A stretch of 64,000 nt of DNA from Giardia intestinalis. Lineage: Eukaryota. The notes below the pieces were generated by a model. The model saw only the letters and a program-made list of their open reading frames with translations, searched no databases and had not been told where the DNA came from. Below are positions 57,430 through 64,000 of the stretch, piece by piece; position 1 is the first letter of the stretch, and the number at the start of each line of letters is the position of its first letter. Position numbers and translations under genes: made by a program. Location: the NCBI GenBank assembly GCA_000002435.2, contig CM018791.1. One strand, written 5' to 3'.

Positions 57430-60378
57430 TTAGAGAGATGCGTTCATATCATCATCCTCCTCGAGTGGCTCGTCTTCAAGCTGCTCCTCATCAGGTAGTA
57501 GTTCATCGTTGCTGTCCCCTTCGTCCAAGGGCCCGTCATCCAGAGGCTCATTCTGATCATCTTCTGCAAGACCTTCCAATGCATCCGGGATCGCTGCATC
57601 ATTGTCTTCCTCAGCTACCGGTTCTTCTTGTTCAGGTACATCCATTGGGTCATTGGGATCATCGTGGTCCTGGTCTTCGTCTGGAAACTCTTCACCAAGG
57701 TCAGGATTCTCGTCATCAGGAGCGTCTTCGTTAAGCTCTTCTTCAGCCTCATTGGGATTGTCATCGTCGAGCGGCTCTTCCTCAACCAGTTGCTCTTCAT
57801 CGGGAACTTCTTCTAATTGTTTTTCAAGTGCCTCCTCTGGCGCCTCTTCCAACATCTCTTCCGGCATTTCGTCTGGCATCGTTTTCAGTGCTTCTTCTGG
57901 TTCTTCTTCTAGGGGCTCTTCTAGTATCTCCTCTGGTTGTTCTTCTAAGGGCTCCTCAGCACATTCCTCGGTAGGCTGCTGGTTGGCGGATTCGTGCGAC
58001 CCCGACTGTTCCGCTTCCATATGTTCTTCAGGGGTCTCATCGACCAACTGTTCATCTTCAACTTGCTCAACCAGCTCGTTGCTAGGATCTCTGTCCTCAA
58101 CTTTGGAGGATGGGGAGGACAGGTTTTCAAGTGCCTTGTTGGGCGCTTCTTCGGAGTGCTTGCTTTCTTCGAGTTCTTCATCAGCCCGTTCTTCTGGAGC
58201 TTCATCTTTAACCGATGCTTCATCATGCTCTTGCTCATCCTCTTGCATATCCTTATTGCTCGACGAGTCTGCATGTGGGCCTTTATGAGAATAGTGTTCT
58301 TGTGCGTCTTCTGGATCCTCTAGAACTCCTCCATCACCTTGAGTGTCTGAAGACTGTTCCTCTTTGGGAGCTTCTTTGAGCGCCGCTGGATGCTCATATT
58401 CCTGAATCGGTTCGTTGAGGGTTAGGACTTGTTGGTCATTGTCGTGCTCAGCATGATCTTCGACTGGTTCGTCAATGGATGGCTCTTCTAGTTTGTCTGG
58501 AGATAGAGGGTCTTGCAAGTGTTCTGGGGCCACCTCCCCTAACACCTCTCTAGGAGACTCTTCCTCCATCTCAATTTCTGCAGGGGCTTCTTGCTCATTT
58601 TGATCATCATCATGGTGGTTTGACTCTTCAATAGGTTCTTCTTCAAGTGGCCTGTCAGGCGCCATATTATGATCCTCTTCATGGATAGGCTCCTCGAGAG
58701 TCATCAGGTGCTCTTCGTCATGAATAGGTTCCTCCACGTTAGGCTCAAACTCTCTGACCATCCTGGTTTGTGGAGAATTTCCTTCGATCTCGATCTCTTC
58801 CATATGAGGGGCATCTTCTGCTTCAGGTACAGGCTCCTCAACTGGTCCGCGTGCAGATAGCTGATGATCTTGCTCATTCATGAAGTCTGAGGAAGCAGAG
58901 TGGTCAGGAGCTGCCAGTGGGGCAGACACGGGCTCCTCAACCGGCCGTTTGTCTTGCTTATCATCTGGTAGGGGAGAATCAGAGTGTAAAGGCGCATAGC
59001 TAATAGTGGACACCCTTGGCTCTGCAGCCACAACATCCAAGTCGCGAGGATGAAGCTTGCCCTCTGCAACAGCAGCCTCATAAGGCTCCTCATTGACCTT
59101 AGTATCCTGCTCAGCAGCAGGCTGTGCCTTTGTGCTACGAAGCTGGGAGTCTGAAAGAGATCCCTCCAGCGTCTTCATGTGAGACTCCAGCTCAAAAACC
59201 CTCGACTTGAGCTGCTTATTCTCGAGGACAATCGATTCCATGTCTGTCTGGAGCGTTGATATCTTATTCTTCAGACTCGAAATTACCGTGAGTAGCTCCT
59301 GTTTTACTGTCTCTGCTGCAGCTCCGTCGACAACCATGGAGGCCCCAAGGGATCTGGTGGTATCCTCATACTGACCACCGCCTTCAACGTGTATGCCGAG
59401 TGCGTTGCGGAGGCTCATAGTACTAAATCGGTACGTATCAAGATATATCGTCTTGTGCGTACCACAGCCAGAAACTATATAGCAAAAGTCCTGCTCAAAG
59501 ATGAGGGACGAGAGACACCTGCCCTCGGATGGTGCAAGACCTGTTATGGTCACCGAGTGCCACTTGTTCTCCTGAAGATCAAAGAGCCAAAGATCGGCGT
59601 AGAGCTTTCCTGCGTCGACGCCACCAAATAGCAGGAGGTAGTTGTTCCTGAATACAGCAACCGTGTGGTCACTGCGCATCTTGAAGAGTGACAGCCTGTG
59701 CCATTGATCAGAACTGGCGAGATATTCAAAGATAACCATGTTAGAAGACGTCTTCTGTGAGTATTGACTGCCGCCAATGAGCACTACTCGATTCTGTACA
59801 TATGTCAACGAAAAGCGGCGCAGAGGATACGGCAGGTTGGCCGCCTTGATAATTGAATTTGATCGCAGATCGATTAGGTATGCGTCTGCCAGCACGGTCG
59901 AGCTTGGCGTTGCGCTGACGGTACCAGGTTGATTCGTTGCTGGCGTAACTGTCACTCCACCACACACAAGAAACTGGGCCTCATTGACTTGGCAAAGATT
60001 GTACCCGTTGCGTGCAGGAACGCTGACCCCAGTTAAGTTAAGATGCACAGCGTTTAATTCATCTGGGTCAAGAAGGTAGAATTGCAGATCACGAGATAGC
60101 TGATGGCCACGTTGATAGGTTATTGAAATGAGAATAAGATTGTTGAAAGGGGTGAGGCGCAGACCAGATAGTGCGGAGGTGTCTATCATGGAGCGAATGG
60201 GCCGCTCAGTGATCTTGACTTCTTCATGCGTGGGTTCAAGGAGCAAGAGCTTAATGCTCGAAGCGGTTCCTTCGCGATAGAGCTTAATGCCATAGTGATG
60301 GTCTCCGATACTGACCACCTGCGAAGAAAGTAGGTGGTTTGTGAGATTGCGCTTGACCTTGGAGAAAAGGACTCGCAT
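57430..60378 (-). CDS. Kelch-repeat (beta-propeller) protein with central coiled-coil and a ~480-aa extremely acidic E/D/P-rich C-terminal tail
   Basis: Kelch signatures: GG doublets followed by Y/W (LVCGGVTV, VLIGGSQYS, LLLFGGVDAG, DLWLFDLQENKWHSV). Then a coiled-coil, then degenerate EEP(I/L)xEE repeats to the C-terminus. First ATG at 60378; the listed start is GTG. Confidence 0.65.
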   Translation of the reverse strand: MRVLFSKVKRNLTNHLLSSQVVSIGDHHYGIKLYREGTASSIKLLLLEPTHEEVKITERPIRSMIDTSALSGLRLTPFNNLILISITYQRGHQLSRDLQFYLLDPDELNAVHLNLTGVSVPARNGYNLCQVNEAQFLVCGGVTVTPATNQPGTVSATPSSTVLADAYLIDLRSNSIIKAANLPYPLRRFSLTYVQNRVVLIGGSQYSQKTSSNMVIFEYLASSDQWHRLSLFKMRSDHTVAVFRNNYLLLFGGVDAGKLYADLWLFDLQENKWHSVTITGLAPSEGRCLSSLIFEQDFCYIVSGCGTHKTIYLDTYRFSTMSLRNALGIHVEGGGQYEDTTRSLGASMVVDGAAAETVKQELLTVISSLKNKISTLQTDMESIVLENKQLKSRVFELESHMKTLEGSLSDSQLRSTKAQPAAEQDTKVNEEPYEAAVAEGKLHPRDLDVVAAEPRVSTISYAPLHSDSPLPDDKQDKRPVEEPVSAPLAAPDHSASSDFMNEQDHQLSARGPVEEPVPEAEDAPHMEEIEIEGNSPQTRMVREFEPNVEEPIHDEEHLMTLEEPIHEEDHNMAPDRPLEEEPIEESNHHDDDQNEQEAPAEIEMEEESPREVLGEVAPEHLQDPLSPDKLEEPSIDEPVEDHAEHDNDQQVLTLNEPIQEYEHPAALKEAPKEEQSSDTQGDGGVLEDPEDAQEHYSHKGPHADSSSNKDMQEDEQEHDEASVKDEAPEERADEELEESKHSEEAPNKALENLSSPSSKVEDRDPSNELVEQVEDEQLVDETPEEHMEAEQSGSHESANQQPTEECAEEPLEEQPEEILEEPLEEEPEEALKTMPDEMPEEMLEEAPEEALEKQLEEVPDEEQLVEEEPLDDDNPNEAEEELNEDAPDDENPDLGEEFPDEDQDHDDPNDPMDVPEQEEPVAEEDNDAAIPDALEGLAEDDQNEPLDDGPLDEGDSNDELLPDEEQLEDEPLEEDDDMNASL

Positions 60379-60463
60379 GAGCGCCACTAATTCTGCTTTT
60401 TGGCTTCAGAGGTTGCCATTTCAAAATAAATTGCAATTAAAATGAACTTTACAACACTTTTAA

Positions 60464-62137
60464 TCATGTTTTGCGAAACAATAACACAACCTCGCAGACG
60501 GCTGCTGAAGCGTTAAAGAGCACAAGGATGACGGCGGTGGTGTAGAACATAACTCGTATACACAGATGCGGCTTATGATGCGCCTTGGACAAATCTAGCA
60601 TCCTGTAGCGAATCGATATTTCATTTTCTTTTAGCGCAGAGGTAGATTTAGCAGAGCCTTTCTTAGTTTTTCGCAACCGTTGTTTCTTTTTCTTGCTACC
60701 GCTCTCCTCATCTATCTCGTCACCAGACTCATTTTTCATAGGAGCAGAGCCGAACTCGACCCCATCTATGTTGCTTTGCTTTGCTCCCAGAGATTGCTCA
60801 TGAAGTGCTCTTTTAAGTTTTTCTTCCAGAATGTCACCAACAGAATTCTTCTTGAGTAATGGAAGCTTGTAGACCACCATAAGCGGGAATAGTTGGAAAA
60901 TAATGACCCCAAACACGTTCCCCATGATGCTGAGAACCTTGTCGATATTTGGTATGAGGATTGCCAAAGTAGTACAGACTACAGTTAATATGAAACCTAC
61001 CAAAATAAATAATCCGTATCCGCGCCTGGTATATTTGTCGATTTTGAACCATGCAAGAATATTTGCTCGGATCGGGTAAAGCATAACTGGAAAGCTCGTT
61101 AGGATCACAATGGAGTAGAGGAACATGACGACGGAGATGACGGTGTCACCAGTGAAAGAGAGGAGGATGTTTGAGTTCACGGGTATACAGTCGACAACTG
61201 AAGGATCCGGGCAGTTTCTGTTGAACATTAGAGAGCCCTCAATGGCAGCAGCTGCATAGATAACCGTGACTATGGGGAGGATGATCAAGATCGTCAACTT
61301 CATGCTGCGCGTTTTGTACCGTGGAGACCCCGTGATGTCGAACTGAATCGGGGTTATAGAGGCATGGAGTGAGTACAGTGTGGAGAAGATGGTATAATAG
61401 GATATGATGTCTGCGATGTAGTTAGTTGACTCAGGAAACCATGGAACGGGTGGCGCAGCGTGGTGCTGCCCATTTAGATTGCCAGTGGTAAACCAACCGA
61501 AGAAGCGGACATTGAGTACTATAAAGGCAAAAATAACAAAGACAACAGCGAAAGAGCTGACGATGTTGAGGGCACTGATGGACCGGGGGATCGTCAGGGG
61601 GAAGATGATAGCCGCTCCAATGATGACTTTAAATGTTACACTCCACATCTGTGACTCTAGTACGGTGAGGCCTGCCAGGGTTATTAGCGAGGTTCTGATG
61701 TAGTCAGCCGAGATAGAGACATAGGTTATAGGGAGAATGCAGGCCAGCACAGAGATGTCTACGCTCCACATAAAAGCCTTGCCATAAAGATTCCTAGCGA
61801 GCTCCCGGGCACTGGCAAAGTTCCCGTGATAGTTGACCTCCGTTATGAGCAGAAAACAATACGTGCAAAATGTAAGCGCAATCACGTCATAGCACGCAGC
61901 CACAGCAAAGCCGCTAACAGAGACGACCTTCGGAATGGCAAGAAGCCCTGACCCGATGCAACAATTGAATATTGTAAAGAGCAAGGCGTAACGGCTCGTA
62001 GCGCTGGATTTTCGATAGATATACACGTGCTCAGTTGACTGGATTGTTTCTGCTATGTCACAGTCTGGCTTGGTACTTTCTGTAGACATGTCCCCGTCGC
62101 GGGTAAGTCCTCTAGACTCTCCGGAATCTAAAGTCAT
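60464..62137 (-). CDS. amino acid transporter (AAAP / Aa_trans family) with a C-terminal extension
   Basis: SRYALLFTIFNCCIGSGLLAIPKVVSVSGF matches the AAAP N-terminal signature, with about 11 TM segments. C-terminus adds a K/S-rich segment (SGSKKKKQRLRKTKKGSAKSTS) and one extra TM. Confidence 0.7.
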   Translation of the reverse strand: MTLDSGESRGLTRDGDMSTESTKPDCDIAETIQSTEHVYIYRKSSATSRYALLFTIFNCCIGSGLLAIPKVVSVSGFAVAACYDVIALTFCTYCFLLITEVNYHGNFASARELARNLYGKAFMWSVDISVLACILPITYVSISADYIRTSLITLAGLTVLESQMWSVTFKVIIGAAIIFPLTIPRSISALNIVSSFAVVFVIFAFIVLNVRFFGWFTTGNLNGQHHAAPPVPWFPESTNYIADIISYYTIFSTLYSLHASITPIQFDITGSPRYKTRSMKLTILIILPIVTVIYAAAAIEGSLMFNRNCPDPSVVDCIPVNSNILLSFTGDTVISVVMFLYSIVILTSFPVMLYPIRANILAWFKIDKYTRRGYGLFILVGFILTVVCTTLAILIPNIDKVLSIMGNVFGVIIFQLFPLMVVYKLPLLKKNSVGDILEEKLKRALHEQSLGAKQSNIDGVEFGSAPMKNESGDEIDEESGSKKKKQRLRKTKKGSAKSTSALKENEISIRYRMLDLSKAHHKPHLCIRVMFYTTAVILVLFNASAAVCEVVLLFRKT

Positions 62138-62285
62138 ACTTTTTATACTTTAGCTCAACACTTAAAAGTAGCAAAAGACAACCGATAGCTGATTTACTAT
62201 CCTAGTTTACTACCACGTTACTACCACGTCCAGACAACTGGTTTGCTGGTTTGTATGCTGCTATGCTGACATGCCGGTACACTTT

Positions 62286-62708
62286 TTATGAGAGCGAATG
62301 TAAATAGCCCTGAAGAACGGCACCCTCCCCCAATTGAATTCTGCTGGAGCCTGCCGATACGTCTATGCTCGATGTGAGTGCCATCCACTTCTTCATGTCG
62401 AGGGTTAAATAGTACGCATTGGTCTCTGTAACGCGCAGATACGCCTGCTGCCGGTAACTGTTCCAACCAGCCAACGAGATCAATCCATCATAGCCTGTTA
62501 TTCGTGTGCTCTCGCAGAACATGTCTCCGTGAATATGCGTGATCCCAAAGACCTTGTCGGGCTGAAGGAGGTCCAGTGGGAGAAGCCCGGGTCCCTTGCA
62601 TGTCCACACGAGAGAGTCGACACTACACGAGGCTTCTGCGAGTCCTCCAGTAACACCAACAGCAAGGTGCTGCCAGAACAATATCGAGAGAACAACGAGC
62701 ACCCACAT
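62286..62708 (-). CDS. small hypothetical secreted protein (140 aa)
   Basis: True ATG at 62708. N-terminal hydrophobic signal-like segment MWVLVVLSILFWQHLAVG. No recognisable domain. Lies between the two transporter paralogs. Confidence 0.3.
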   Translation of the reverse strand: MWVLVVLSILFWQHLAVGVTGGLAEASCSVDSLVWTCKGPGLLPLDLLQPDKVFGITHIHGDMFCESTRITGYDGLISLAGWNSYRQQAYLRVTETNAYYLTLDMKKWMALTSSIDVSAGSSRIQLGEGAVLQGYLHSLS

Positions 62709-62907
62709 TTATTCGTGCCTTCTCAGAGTTAAACGTTTCACTGGACCATCGTTTCATAAGTGTTGTAGATTGACTTAAGTGGCGACCATTCTCTCGTAAC
62801 ACAAACCTCAAGCGTGCCACTAACAAGAGTTTCAGACTTTTGGAAGTGTGTGTCTAATGCAGGGGTAGTCAGCCATATCGTAAGGTGTTCAAAGGGGTTT
62901 GAACACG

Positions 62908-64000
62908 CTAGAAGAGCAGAATAAATTGAAATATGAGAGAAGTAACAGTAAGTCCCAAGGACACCATCATAAGGATAAGAAATGTTATCTTCTTAGTGCG
63001 GGGCGCTATAATCTTAACGCGAGAGAAATCCGGTAGGGTGCCCATGACGACGATCCCAACAGCATACTGGGTGTGTTCCAGGGAGATTTTCTCAGAGCCT
63101 TGAGGCCCGGCCAAGACTACGTCCTTCGCAATTGTTTCGTATCCAAGTTCCACGCTTCCATCCATACCAGAGAGTGTATCGTCAATGAGCATCTTCTTCT
63201 CTTTCATTCGAGAAGTCACACTCTTGAAGGTATCCAGCTGGGATATCGACGCTTCCCTGTTGCATGGCTCTATGCTTTCGAGGTCGTCTTCTGTGATTTC
63301 TCTATGTAGAGATGCCTTAGACTCTATGTTCCGTCTGGTTACTGCCAAGATGTCTTTCTCCACAGCGGCGCCTTTACGTGGTTCTCTTCTAGTCCCAGGC
63401 TCGGCTGCCTTGCTGTACAGGGTAATGCTTCTTAGTGACTTGCTAGCGGTGGACTTACGCAGGCTCTGCCTCTCTCTATCCGGGATGCCGTCACATTTGG
63501 ACGGCGTGGTAGTACCTGAACACGAGGAGCCGGACGACGAGCTAGTTTCTGACGAATAAAAGTCAAGCAGGGCAGAAGAGTCCGATGACTCGTCGTCTAA
63601 GATATTATTCTCTCTGTAACGGGCTGCAATGGCACACAAGTCTATGTTCCGCCCAGCAGACATCCTGCGCAGGTAGGGCAGTTTATAGCGGATAACGAGA
63701 GGCACAAGTACGCAGACAATGCTGCCTAGAACGCTGGCGGCCAAGGAGGAGAGGATTGTCAGATTTGGAATTACCAGCGTGAGTGCAAGCGTGAAGCAGA
63801 TGATAGGCCCGGAGACTAATAGGTATAGGAGACGCGTTCTGCATGGAATGGAGCCCTTTTCCTTATTGCCCTGCGCATGTAGGCACGCCAATTCGGGCTC
63901 TGAAAGTGTTCTTCCTATAGGGAGCTTTGGCGAGTATCCTGCCAGCTTATGAAGAGATGCCAACCAAACGTTTTCTTGTGCAACTGCGGAATTATCAGGC
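62908..64000 (-). CDS. amino acid transporter paralog, 3' part only (gene continues beyond the window end)
   Basis: The frame is open to position 64000. Its C-terminal architecture parallels the 60464..62137 gene: ...VPLVIRYKLPYLRRM compared with LMVVYKLPLLKKN, then a Ser-rich low-complexity segment, then a terminal TM (ITFLILMMVSLGLTVTSLIFQFILLF). Confidence 0.5.
   Translation of the reverse strand, partial: PDNSAVAQENVWLASLHKLAGYSPKLPIGRTLSEPELACLHAQGNKEKGSIPCRTRLLYLLVSGPIICFTLALTLVIPNLTILSSLAASVLGSIVCVLVPLVIRYKLPYLRRMSAGRNIDLCAIAARYRENNILDDESSDSSALLDFYSSETSSSSGSSCSGTTTPSKCDGIPDRERQSLRKSTASKSLRSITLYSKAAEPGTRREPRKGAAVEKDILAVTRRNIESKASLHREITEDDLESIEPCNREASISQLDTFKSVTSRMKEKKMLIDDTLSGMDGSVELGYETIAKDVVLAGPQGSEKISLEHTQYAVGIVVMGTLPDFSRVKIIAPRTKKITFLILMMVSLGLTVTSLIFQFILLF

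Overview
This window reads as nuclear DNA from a Giardia-type diplomonad with a compact, almost intron-free gene layout. The main evidence is a cysteine-rich surface-protein gene (29875..32016, -) ending in the VSP hallmark tail ...CRGKA, followed after its stop by the Giardia VSP extended polyadenylation motif ACTTAGATAGTAAAC. Other pointers are a high-cysteine membrane protein (HCMP) with CXXC/GGCY motifs, a NEK kinase with C-terminal ankyrin repeats, AT-rich initiator tracts right before most ATGs, and convergent genes only 9-50 bp apart. About 36 protein-coding genes can be supported. Recognisable products: NEK kinase, Fes1/HspBP1-type Hsp70 nucleotide exchange factor, seryl-tRNA synthetase, bacterial-type Fe-S L-serine dehydratase, HCMP, VSP, Qc-SNARE-like, thioredoxin-domain protein, SLC35F6-like transporter, P4-ATPase flippase, SLX1 nuclease, Misato/DML1, secreted EGF-like cysteine-rich protein, mitochondrial-type Hsp70, MFS transporter, Kelch-repeat protein with a ~480-aa acidic tail, and two tandem AAAP amino-acid transporters. 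The rest are hypothetical or coiled-coil proteins. The ORF track starts ORFs at TTG/GTG as well as ATG, so several listed N-termini are wrong; start coordinates here are moved to the first plausible ATG behind an AT-rich tract. Hunting results, in order of interest. (1) A ~10 kb stretch (19.9-29.9 kb) around the HCMP and VSP genes looks like a gene graveyard. Two GC-rich blocks with no long ORF carry recognisable remnants of a NEK kinase paralog (intact start, Gly-loop and alphaE helix, then frame breaks) and of ankyrin repeats. A coiled-coil gene there is broken by at least three frame shifts, two at A-runs. (2) An unannotated 56-codon ORF (47273..47443, -) encodes a stand-alone RIIa dimerisation/docking domain; it falls below the 60-aa ORF cutoff. 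(3) Misato/DML1 and SLX1 homologs, a Fes1-like exchange factor, and a P4-ATPase with a ~250-aa low-complexity insertion. (4) Very compact bidirectional promoters, versus two unusually long AT-rich ORF-free regions (870 bp and 715 bp) that could hold ncRNAs. All similarity calls come from reading motifs by eye, with no database search. Self-derived coordinates may be off by 1-2 nt.
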